Origin: a virus
DNA length: 51,726 bases
Strand: one strand, 5' to 3'
IMG/VR virus record: IMGVR_UViG_3300045988_076883
Coordinates: 1-51,726 of that record
Shown one piece after another: positions 1-6,563 of the stretch. Every line of letters starts with the position of its first letter. The stretch's first letter is position 1. The notes under the pieces were generated by a model, which saw only the letters and a program-made list of their open reading frames with translations, did no database searches and was not told where the DNA came from. The position numbers and the translations under genes were made by a program.

Positions 1-55
1 CGTTAAATATCGGCTGATTTGGCGGAGTAAGAGAGATTTGAACTCTCGCGGCGGT
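1..55. repeat. Terminal direct repeat, copy 1 (identical to 51672-51726)
   Basis: Read directly: cgttaaatatcggctgatttggcggagtaagagagatttgaactctcgcggcggt occurs at both window ends. Confidence 0.97.
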
Positions 56-83
56 TTCCCACCCTACGCCCTTAGCAGGGGCA
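20..83 (-). other. attP/att core: 3' portion of a tRNA-Ser(GCU)-like sequence (not a complete tRNA)
   Basis: Minus strand reads TGCCC-CTGCTAA-GGGCG (anticodon arm, GCT), a long variable arm GGTGG-GAAA-CCGCC, T arm GAGAG-TTCAAAT-CTCTC, then TTACTCC-G-CCA. The matching 5' acceptor strand GGAGTAA and a D arm are absent upstream. Confidence 0.75.
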
Positions 84-130
84 TGGGATGGGGCTGAAAA
101 TGCTGATATATCGTTGAATAAAAAAGACTG

Positions 131-149
131 GTACACAGCGTGTACACAA
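131..149. repeat. Two GTACACA(G/A) arm-type-like repeats on the integrase side of the att core
   Basis: GTACACAG at 131-138 and GTACACAA at 142-149. The same word is repeated four times at 51527-51571. Confidence 0.6.
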
Positions 150-155
150 TAGCGG

Positions 156-1280
156 TCAGGTCATTTGGAGACGGTTGACTGCATCGAGTTTGGTGGAAAG
201 GCTGATGTGGCCGTAGGAATCGGCCAGCTTGGCGTTCTTGGCGTTGGAGTGGCCCATGATGGAGTTTATGACCACATCGGAAACGGCAGGGACAAGCTCG
301 TGCAGGCGGGTGTAGCAGGTGTGGCGCTGGCAATAGCTGCCAAGGGAACGGATGCCGGTGCGCTGGCACATGAGTTTCCAGTTGGCGTAATAGTCGTTCT
401 CGTCGTAGGCAACAAGGCCATAGCGGGCCTTTGGCAAGATGGCCTGAACAACGGGAACGATGCAATCCGCAATCGGAATTTCACGGTTCTTGCCTGCGTC
501 GGTCTTGATGCCGCCGACAATGACCTGCCCGGCGGGATCGACCTTGGAAACGTCCTGCGCGAACAGCTCCCCGGTACGCATACCTGTGTATGCCATGATC
601 AGCGCATAGCCGGTGATCGGATCGTGGGTGGTATTCCAGTCTTGCCAGATGGCGTGCATTTCCTCCGGCGTGCGGGCATCCTTGGCCGTGGGCGGCTTGC
701 TGGGCAATTCCAGACAGCGGATCATGTTGGAGGAATCCGGCGGGCAGACTTTTTCCAGCACGGCCATGTCAACGATCTTTTGCAGGATGGTCTTTGCATC
801 ACGCTTGGGATAGAACGCGCCCTCGATGCCGTCCAGCAGGTTTTGCAGCTCGGAATAGTGCAGGCTGGATACGTCGCGCTCATACAGCGGTTCCAACCGT
901 TTGTAGGCGGTGAGGTAGTGGCTGCGTTTGTCCGGCGAAATTTCCTGCCATTTGCGGGACTGCTGGACGAGATCGAACACCTGCGAGACAGTATAGGACT
1001 TTGTGCCGCCGTTCTCCTGCGTGCGAAGCTGGGGCAGATAGTTCATAGCATCGGCGCGGGTGGCAAAGCCGCCCTTGGTGCGCTCCATGACAAACTGACC
1101 GTGGCGGTAGACGCGGACGCGGGCGGACCATGTGCGGCCACGCTTGAAAACCGTGCCGGTGCCATTGGGGTTGCGTGTCTTTTTGACGGGGGCTGCCGCA
1201 GTAGATACCTGCTTTTTGCCGCAGAACATACAGTAGACGGAAATATCCGGGATTTCCTGTTTACATTTTATGCAGAGCAT
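156..1280 (-). CDS. int: Tyrosine-recombinase integrase with N-terminal zinc ribbon
   Basis: Contains AYTGMRTGEL (Arg box), RHTCYT, MGHS and a C-terminal SYGH-type Tyr region; N-terminal CIKC...CMFC. AGGTGG RBS precedes the ATG at 1280 (the ORF track extends to 1319). Lies next to the tRNA-like att. Confidence 0.9.
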   Translation of the reverse strand: MLCIKCKQEIPDISVYCMFCGKKQVSTAAAPVKKTRNPNGTGTVFKRGRTWSARVRVYRHGQFVMERTKGGFATRADAMNYLPQLRTQENGGTKSYTVSQVFDLVQQSRKWQEISPDKRSHYLTAYKRLEPLYERDVSSLHYSELQNLLDGIEGAFYPKRDAKTILQKIVDMAVLEKVCPPDSSNMIRCLELPSKPPTAKDARTPEEMHAIWQDWNTTHDPITGYALIMAYTGMRTGELFAQDVSKVDPAGQVIVGGIKTDAGKNREIPIADCIVPVVQAILPKARYGLVAYDENDYYANWKLMCQRTGIRSLGSYCQRHTCYTRLHELVPAVSDVVINSIMGHSNAKNAKLADSYGHISLSTKLDAVNRLQMT

Positions 1281-1330
1281 GGGCGCACCACCTGACTTTG
1301 AAAGACAATATTTAGACAATAAAAAGATAG

Positions 1331-1415
1331 ACGCAAGTTAGAAGCAAATCAAAAACAGCATAGCAATGATAAAAACGCAATTAGATTAAAGCTAAACGCA
1401 AGTTAAACGCAAGTC
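1331..1415. repeat. Four ACGCAA(G/T)T(T/C/A)(A/G) direct repeats in the AT-rich region upstream of int
   Basis: ACGCAAGTTA at 1331 and 1396, ACGCAATTAG at 1375, ACGCAAGTCA at 1407. Confidence 0.6.
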
Positions 1416-1451
1416 AGAGTGTTTAGTTTTACAGAAAATATTACTTATAAG

Positions 1452-1925
1452 TTATAATGCGTTGAAAACATCCAGCACGGATTGCGGCAGATCGCCGTCC
1501 GTGCAGAGCATGGCAAGGCCGTCGTGCACATAAGCGGGGATCGTGCCGAAGCCGTCCATCGTGACGGCGTTGTCGGAAGCAGCCTGCTTGTAGGCGTCGG
1601 AATCCGGGTCAAACTGATACAGCTCCACATTGTAACCATCTGCTTTATATTTGTACCCGGTCTTTGCGCCGATATACTCCGCGGCCATGGTGACACGCTC
1701 ATAGGTGATGCCGAGAGAATCCAGGCCGGATTCAAACGATGCGAAAGCATCCGCCGATGCGGGCGGTGCGGCGGTGGGTTCCGGCGTAGGTTCTGCCGTT
1801 GCGGCAGGAGCGGCGGTGGCCGCGGGCGCTTCCGCTGTGCTGGGAGCGGCGGAAGATGCGGCAGAGCCGCAGGCGGACAGGGAGACGGCGCAGGCCAGCG
1901 CAAGGGCAATGATGGGCTTGTTCAT
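1452..1925 (-). CDS. Secreted lipoprotein (moron, possible superinfection-exclusion factor)
   Basis: N-terminus MNKPIIALALACAVSLSAC has a signal peptide and LSAC lipobox, followed by an Ala/Pro/Thr-rich linker. RBS AGGATGTG. Sits between int and the repressor. Confidence 0.85.
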   Translation of the reverse strand: MNKPIIALALACAVSLSACGSAASSAAPSTAEAPAATAAPAATAEPTPEPTAAPPASADAFASFESGLDSLGITYERVTMAAEYIGAKTGYKYKADGYNVELYQFDPDSDAYKQAASDNAVTMDGFGTIPAYVHDGLAMLCTDGDLPQSVLDVFNAL

Positions 1926-1940
1926 GGTTTTTCACATCCT

Positions 1941-1972
1941 AAATAAAAAAATAGCAGGGTTTCCCCTGCTAT
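1941..1972 (-). terminator. Intrinsic-terminator-like hairpin plus T-run directly upstream of the lipoprotein RBS
   Basis: The 9-bp stem ATAGCAGGG/CCCTGCTAT (1951-1972) is followed on the minus strand by TTTTTTTATTT. Confidence 0.55.
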
Positions 1973-2066
1973 GGTGAAGCGGGTGCGGGCCGGAGGAAAC
2001 GGAACAGCGGCACGCACCTTATTATGTTAAGACAACAATAACACGAAACAGCAGAAAATGCAATAG

Positions 2067-2100
2067 AAAAGGCCAGAACCGGTGCGGTTCTGGCCTTTTT
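2067..2100 (-). terminator. Terminator after the repressor gene (bidirectional architecture)
   Basis: GGCCAGAACC-ggtgc-GGTTCTGGCC (2071-2095) is flanked by AAAA and TTTTT. Confidence 0.75.
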
Positions 2101-2156
2101 GCTGTTGGGCGGGGCGTCGAGGACGCCACCCCCTACGACATGCCCGGCGGATCAGT

Positions 2157-2570
2157 CTACCCGTCGGAGGAAGATGCGGTATCGAGGTCTTTTTTTTGAG
2201 GATCGGGCGGGGTCTGGGAGAGCTTTTCGACAAGAGAATCCATGTAGCGCATGATAGCAGCGCGGTCCTGCGGGGACAGGTCGATAAATGCGGAGACGAT
2301 GGCCTGTTCACGCGGGGTGAGCTGCTTTTCCTCGGCCAGGCGGGCGAGGATGGAAGGCTTGGAATCGTCCAGCATGGAGCCTGCGCCGGTGCGCAGCCAT
2401 GTTTCGTTGACGCCGAACTCGCGGCAGACGAGTTTGACAAATGCGTCCTTTATAGGAACGCGGCCGCTTTCAAGGCTGGCAATAACATCACGGCTGACGC
2501 CGAGAGCATCGCCGAAGTCTTTTTGCGTCCGATGAAAGTATTTTCGGACTGTGATAAGTCGCTCATTCAT
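2157..2570 (-). CDS. XRE-family HTH repressor (cI-like), no peptidase domain
   Basis: Contains LITVRKYFHRTQKDFGDALGVSRDVIASLESGR, a helix-turn-helix. Strong RBS AAAGGAGGTG precedes the ATG at 2570. Divergent from the early operon. Confidence 0.88.
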   Translation of the reverse strand: MNERLITVRKYFHRTQKDFGDALGVSRDVIASLESGRVPIKDAFVKLVCREFGVNETWLRTGAGSMLDDSKPSILARLAEEKQLTPREQAIVSAFIDLSPQDRAAIMRYMDSLVEKLSQTPPDPQKKDLDTASSSDG

Positions 2571-2592
2571 ATAGCACACCTCCTTTGAACAC

Positions 2593-2621
2593 ACAATAAC
2601 ACAACGAATTGTGGAAGTCAA
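2593..2621 (-). promoter_or_regulatory. Leftward sigma70-type promoter for the repressor
   Basis: Minus strand reads TTGACT (2621-2616), 17 nt, TATTGT (2598-2593). The spacer holds the palindrome CACAA-cgaa-TTGTG. Confidence 0.55.
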
Positions 2622-2647
2622 CACATATTTTTCCGAAAATGTGTTGA
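2618..2647. promoter_or_regulatory. Operator-like perfect inverted repeat TCAACACAT-N12-ATGTGTTGA overlapping both -35 boxes
   Basis: Read directly. Each arm overlaps the -35 hexamer of one of the divergent promoters. Confidence 0.6.
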
Positions 2648-2672
2648 CAGACACATTTGTGTGTGATATTAT
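2644..2672 (+). promoter_or_regulatory. Rightward early promoter (PR-like)
   Basis: TTGACA (2644-2649), 17 nt, TATTAT (2667-2672). The spacer holds the palindrome ACACA-tt-TGTGT (2651-2662). Confidence 0.65.
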
Positions 2673-2731
2673 GTGGATATTCCACAAAACAAATGCAAAA
2701 AATGTGGGAATACACACGCAGGAGGTGGAAA

Positions 2732-2926
2732 ATGCCGAAAGTAAAAAAAGACTACTACGAAACAGGGGTAGCCATGATGGATTTTTTCCGCAGCGTGCTG
2801 TGGACAAAACAGAAATGCCGGATCGTGATTGACTACGACCCGGCAAAAGAAATGGTGGAGATCGAGAAAACGATCATTGAATCAGACGAACCCGGCAGCT
2901 TGCCGGAAAGTCAAAAAGATCAGTGA
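2732..2926 (+). CDS. First early gene, small Cro-position protein (function unassigned)
   Basis: AGGAGG RBS lies 7 nt before the ATG at 2732. Third codon positions are GC-rich like known genes here. Position is divergent from the repressor. Confidence 0.65.
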   Translation: MPKVKKDYYETGVAMMDFFRSVLWTKQKCRIVIDYDPAKEMVEIEKTIIESDEPGSLPESQKDQ

Positions 2927-3071
2927 TGCTTTCAGAATTTTCAATGTAGACGAGAAAAACTGCATCGTGAGGGCCGGGATTACAAATGGCGCGGCCATCA
3001 TTGAGAGCGTCCCGGAGATTTGCGAGATCAGCGGGCGCGGCAGCAGAAGCGTCAACATAATAGCATTTCAA
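2874..3071 (-). CDS. Hypothetical small protein with TTG start, driven by promoter cassette copy 1
   Basis: GGAAGGAGGTG RBS lies 6 nt before the TTG, and a duplicated promoter lies directly upstream. However, third positions are T-rich and a plus-frame ORF competes. Confidence 0.4.
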   Translation of the reverse strand: MKCYYVDASAAAPADLANLRDALNDGRAICNPGPHDAVFLVYIENSESITDLFDFPASCRVRLIQ

Positions 3072-3077
3072 AATTTA

Positions 3078-3123
3078 CACCTCCTTCCCCTGCCATTGTA
3101 GCACGGGAAAGCGAGGGAGACAA
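3078..3123 (-). promoter_or_regulatory. Promoter-RBS cassette copy 1 (leftward)
   Basis: Minus strand reads TTGTCT (3123-3118), 17 nt, an extended -10 TGcTACAAT (3103-3095), then GGAAGGAGGTG (3088-3078). Confidence 0.6.
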
Positions 3124-3148
3124 CACACGCAGGAAAGTAGGTGAATCT

Positions 3149-3304
3149 ATGCAGAAAGAAAATCCGCCCACCGACGAGAAGCGCCGAAGGGCGGAGAAGG
3201 AAAGAGAACGCAGAGAAAACCTGCGTAGCTGGGCGACACTGGCGGCAGTTACGGTAACGGCCATCATCAACACGGCTGCGATCATCTTACAACTAACGCG
3301 ATAG
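3149..3304 (+). CDS. Small tail-anchored membrane protein (51 aa)
   Basis: AGGTGA RBS, GC-rich third positions, a charged N-terminus, then LRSWATLAAVTVTAIINTAAIIL as a hydrophobic tail. Confidence 0.55.
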   Translation: MQKENPPTDEKRRRAEKERERRENLRSWATLAAVTVTAIINTAAIILQLTR

Positions 3305-3581
3305 TGGCGGTGACTGCGCCGTAAAGCGCGATTGCCAGTGTTGCCCATTCACGAAGTTCTTTTAAGAAAGAGCGTTTGTGAGCAGCGTATTCCTCCTGTG
3401 CTTGGCGTGTTAAGGAAATGACGGCGTCCGGCTTTGGGTCGAAACCATCGAAGTCAAGCGCGTAATAGGAAAACTGGTCTTGCAGTTCGTCATAAGATTT
3501 GTAGCCGGTGGCGGCAAGAATCCGGCCAAGGGTACGATGCCGCTGCACGGCACAGCAAATCTTAAATTCAGAATCAGTCAA
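3282..3581 (-). CDS. Tail-anchored membrane protein (99 aa, TTG start), driven by promoter cassette copy 2
   Basis: This is the only open frame across 3305-3507. RBS GGAAGGAGGTG lies 5 nt before the TTG. The C-terminus is LREWATLAIALYGAVTATIALVV. Confidence 0.65.
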   Translation of the reverse strand: MTDSEFKICCAVQRHRTLGRILAATGYKSYDELQDQFSYYALDFDGFDPKPDAVISLTRQAQEEYAAHKRSFLKELREWATLAIALYGAVTATIALVVR

Positions 3582-3586
3582 AATAA

Positions 3587-3632
3587 CACCTCCTTCCACT
3601 GCCATTGTAGCACGGGAGGAGAGAAAAGACAA
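3587..3632 (-). promoter_or_regulatory. Promoter-RBS cassette copy 2 (leftward)
   Basis: Minus strand reads TTGTCT (3632-3627), 17 nt, TGcTACAAT (3612-3604), then GGAAGGAGGTG (3597-3587). The architecture matches copy 1, 509 nt away. Confidence 0.6.
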
Positions 3633-3645
3633 AGAGGGTGAAACC

Positions 3646-3801
3646 ATGAGTGAGAAAGAAAAGGAAATGCGCGAGATGGTGGAGACGCTGCGAAAGCTGC
3701 CGGACCATGCGCAGGAGAAGATCGGTTATATGATCGAGGGCGCGGCGCTGGTGAGCGGAACGCGCGAGGATGAGCCGAAGAAGGACGGCGGTGCGGCGTG
3801 A
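3646..3801 (+). CDS. Hypothetical small early protein
   Basis: GAGGGTGA RBS. A GTGA start/stop overlap couples it to the next gene. Confidence 0.7.
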   Translation: MSEKEKEMREMVETLRKLPDHAQEKIGYMIEGAALVSGTREDEPKKDGGAA

Positions 3802-4670
3802 AAGAAACGGAACGTTATGCAGGACCGGACGGCGAAGCACTGCACCCGGGAGACAGGATAGGCTTAGAGCCGCCCGGCTGCTTGAAACGCGATGACGGGC
3901 TTGATGCGTGGTTGACGGCGCTGCGGCACGAGATGGCGCGGGCCTGCGAGCTGCCGGAAAAGGTAATGCTCGGTGACGATTTGCCGGACGACCTGCCACC
4001 AGATGGCGGCGGACTGGGGCCTTGGCACTGGCTGGGGTTTGATGCGCTGAAAATCAAGAACCCGGAAGTGATGATACTTGGAAAGGACGGCGTGAAGATG
4101 GAACGAAATGTGAAAGGCATCGGAGAAGCCGCTTTACTGGCGGCGCTGTTCAACGCAGCGAAGCCGGACAAGCAAGACGCAATGTACAGCAGGCACGAGA
4201 GCATGACGAAAGAGGAAGCGTCGGCGCTGCTGGACGAGCTGAGTGGGCATAACGCGAATACGCCGGTGAGAATCGACAAGCTGTACGGCAGGTACATCCT
4301 TATGACATTCTGGCCGGGTATGACGAAGATCGACGGCACCGGGTACGACGCGCAAAATGGATGGGGCAAGGCTGCCACTGTGGTGGAGAGCATGCGCAGG
4401 GAGATCGCCGCGAAGAAGAACGCAGAGCGGAAAGCAGAGCGGGCGAAGCGGCACAGGGTTGCCGTGTACTGGCAGGATGACAACGACGGAATTTGCACCA
4501 TAGCAGACGGACACAGCGAGCATCAGAACATTATGGCCGCTGCGTACCTGCTGGGCACAATGTTGGCGAATGTGCAGGAGGAACGCAGGAGCGCCGAATA
4601 CAACGGTGCGATCATGAAGGTTGACGAGATCATCCGAGAGTGCGGAAGAAAGGGAGAAACCGATGAATGA
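3798..4670 (+). CDS. Hypothetical early protein (290 aa)
   Basis: Long ORF with coding-like composition, translationally coupled at both ends (GTGA, ATGAATGA). Confidence 0.8.
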   Translation: MKETERYAGPDGEALHPGDRIGLEPPGCLKRDDGLDAWLTALRHEMARACELPEKVMLGDDLPDDLPPDGGGLGPWHWLGFDALKIKNPEVMILGKDGVKMERNVKGIGEAALLAALFNAAKPDKQDAMYSRHESMTKEEASALLDELSGHNANTPVRIDKLYGRYILMTFWPGMTKIDGTGYDAQNGWGKAATVVESMRREIAAKKNAERKAERAKRHRVAVYWQDDNDGICTIADGHSEHQNIMAAAYLLGTMLANVQEERRSAEYNGAIMKVDEIIRECGRKGETDE

Positions 4671-4938
4671 AGGGTATGTAAAGGTTTCGTGGAAGAATAA
4701 CGCGAAAACCGGGGAAGCGGAGAACGTTGTGATTGACACGGAGGCAAGCGCGACGGAGGAAGCAACGGCAGCCTGCCTTATGGTGCGCCACGCCTGTGAA
4801 ACCATTGCACAGTACAGCGGCAAAGAAAAGGCGAAAAAATGCCTGCTGGAAACCGTGAAGATCGCTTTGGATGCAACGGACGAAGAAATCGAAGTGCAGG
4901 CAAAGACGCAGGGAAAGGACGGCGGAGACGATGAATGA
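4663..4938 (+). CDS. Hypothetical protein, paralogue A (MNEGYVKVSWK...)
   Basis: ATG at 4663 overlaps the upstream stop as ATGAATGA. Resembles the next gene in its N-terminus and length. Confidence 0.75.
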   Translation: MNEGYVKVSWKNNAKTGEAENVVIDTEASATEEATAACLMVRHACETIAQYSGKEKAKKCLLETVKIALDATDEEIEVQAKTQGKDGGDDE

Positions 4939-5209
4939 GAACTTTATCAAGGTGACATGGCAGCCGGAAGAGAACGGGAACCCGCCGACAGGGTTTGCTG
5001 TGATGGCGCAGGGCGGCGTGCGCGGGTCCATGATGGCCGCGGCCATTGTGGCACGCAGCGTTGTGAGCGTGATGGAAAAACAGGTCGGCCGAGAGCGGGC
5101 GAAAGCCAACTTGCTGGGCATGATCCGGCTGGTGCTGGAACAAGACGATGAAGTAATTCTTAGCGAGGGCGTAACGATTGCACTGCCGAGGAGAGTGAAG
5201 CCGGAATGA
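4931..5209 (+). CDS. Hypothetical protein, paralogue B (MNENFIKVTWQ...)
   Basis: Has the same ATGAATGA junction at 4931-4938 and shares the MNExxxKVxW start. Confidence 0.75.
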   Translation: MNENFIKVTWQPEENGNPPTGFAVMAQGGVRGSMMAAAIVARSVVSVMEKQVGRERAKANLLGMIRLVLEQDDEVILSEGVTIALPRRVKPE

Positions 5210-6129
5210 GCGAGGATTGGGGCCTTGTGACCCTGCCGACAAGCGGCGACCCGGAGAAGATCGCCATCGGGCGGTTGAAAGCGGCAAGCGACATGGCACT
5301 GAAGTATTACGGCACGCCGCTTGTGGTAACGACCAGCGGCGATAAGGACAGCAGCGTGTGCGTAGAGCTTGCACTTAGGGGGGGCATCCCGTTTGAAGTA
5401 CAGCACAACCACACAACTGCGGATGCGCCGGAGACAGTGCGGTTTGTACGGCAGGAGTTTGCCAGACTTGAAAATCTGGGCGTGAAATGCACCATCAACT
5501 ACCCCGTTTATAAGGGAAAGCGCACAAGCATGTGGAGTTTGATCCCGCAAAAGCTGATGCCGCCGACACGAATTATGCGGTACTGCTGCGCCGTGCTGAA
5601 AGAACAGGGCGGAAACAGGCGGTTCATCACAACTGGCGTGCGGTGGGCGGAAAGCAGCCGAAGAAAGCGAGACAGAGGCGTTTTTGAAGCGTACACCCGG
5701 AACAAAGAGAACAAAATCGTTTTGAAAGGCGAAGAACAGGAGCCGAGCAAAATCTTTGAGGGGTGCAAGGTGGCCGCAAAGCGCATAGTAAACCCCATTG
5801 TGGACTGGACGGACAATCAGGTGTGGAGCTTTTTGCAGGATGCAAAGGTGCCTGTCAACCCGTTGTATGAATGTGGGCTGGATCGTGTGGGGTGCATTGG
5901 ATGCCCACTCGCAAAGAAAAGTAAACGATATGCGGAGTTCCGACGCTGGCCTGCTTACGAGAAGCTCTACATACAAGCCTTTGACAGGATGCTTGATGAG
6001 CGCAGAGCGCGCGGAAAGCTGGACGGAAGCTGGATGATGGGCGGTACTGGGCTGGATGTATTCCGCTGGTGGATGGAAGAAGATGTGCTGCCCGGGCAAA
6101 TTTCTGTGGAGGACATTTTAGAGGACTGA
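5206..6129 (+). CDS. PAPS-reductase/PP-loop family protein (DndC/IbrA-like)
   Basis: PP-loop-like SGDKDS near the N-terminus. C-terminal Cys cluster CGLDRVGCIGCP. ATGA overlap with the upstream gene. Confidence 0.75.
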   Translation: MSEDWGLVTLPTSGDPEKIAIGRLKAASDMALKYYGTPLVVTTSGDKDSSVCVELALRGGIPFEVQHNHTTADAPETVRFVRQEFARLENLGVKCTINYPVYKGKRTSMWSLIPQKLMPPTRIMRYCCAVLKEQGGNRRFITTGVRWAESSRRKRDRGVFEAYTRNKENKIVLKGEEQEPSKIFEGCKVAAKRIVNPIVDWTDNQVWSFLQDAKVPVNPLYECGLDRVGCIGCPLAKKSKRYAEFRRWPAYEKLYIQAFDRMLDERRARGKLDGSWMMGGTGLDVFRWWMEEDVLPGQISVEDILED

Positions 6130-6563
6130 TCCCCGGCGGGAGACCGCCGGAATATGGGCGGGGCGCTGCATCGCGGCGCATGAGCCGCGGCCCCGCAGTT
6201 TCCTATTCTCTATCATAGTCCCCCAAGATAGCTGACAGCCGGGAAAGACCGGCACTATTATGCCGCCGCCGTGCCCGCATGAGGACCGGCGGGGCTGGGC
6301 CTGCGAGAAAAGGGCGCAGGCGTCATCTCTCCCGTGGCCGTATGCGGGTAAGTTTTACGGCACCTGGCACGGGTAAAGTGCAGGGGCAAGGGCAATGTGG
6401 AAACGGACAGAGCCAGAACCCCGCCCCGGCAGCCTGTTCCACGCCGGGGTTTACATGAACCGCGCCGAGGTCGGCGTGCAGGGCTTGGGCATTTGCCCTG
6501 CACGGCTGGTCCGATACCAGCACGCGGCACCAGAGAAGAAATAAAAGAAAGGCGGTGCGCAGT
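6130..6563. other. About 430-nt GC-rich non-coding gap with several stable hairpins
   Basis: No ORF with an RBS or plausible composition. Hairpins CCGGCGG-gaga-CCGCCGG (about 6133-6150), CGCGGC-gcatga-GCCGCG and GTGCAGGGC...GCCCTGCAC (about 6477-6504). Imperfect repeat GTGCAGGG(G)C..GGGCA. Confidence 0.6.

Noticed and set aside
20-110. A complete tRNA gene at the left end
   Set aside because: Only the anticodon arm through to CCA is present. The sequence 5' of the anticodon stem (CAGCCCCATCCCA) cannot form a D arm or pair with the acceptor 3' strand TTACTCC.
165-1295. 376-aa plus-strand ORF covering the integrase locus
   Set aside because: It is the antisense shadow of a motif-bearing integrase. 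The product is Gly/Val/Ala-rich low complexity, and there is no RBS.
1445-1977. Alternative-frame ORFs overlapping the lipoprotein gene (154, 154, 90 and 67 aa)
   Set aside because: Only the 1452-1925 frame has an RBS, a signal peptide and a lipobox. The others are Pro/Arg- or Gly/Arg-rich.
2829-3101. 90-aa plus-strand ORF overlapping the Cro-position gene and promoter cassette 1
   Set aside because: Its GC-rich third positions between 2930 and 3070 favour it over the minus ORF 2874-3071. However, its only ATG overlaps the previous gene by 98 nt and there is no RBS. It is left unresolved, and the strand assignment at 2927-3148 remains uncertain.
6363-6381. Sigma-54-like TGGCAC box
   Set aside because: The downstream TTGC element is absent at the required spacing (TGGCACGGGTAAAGTGCA).
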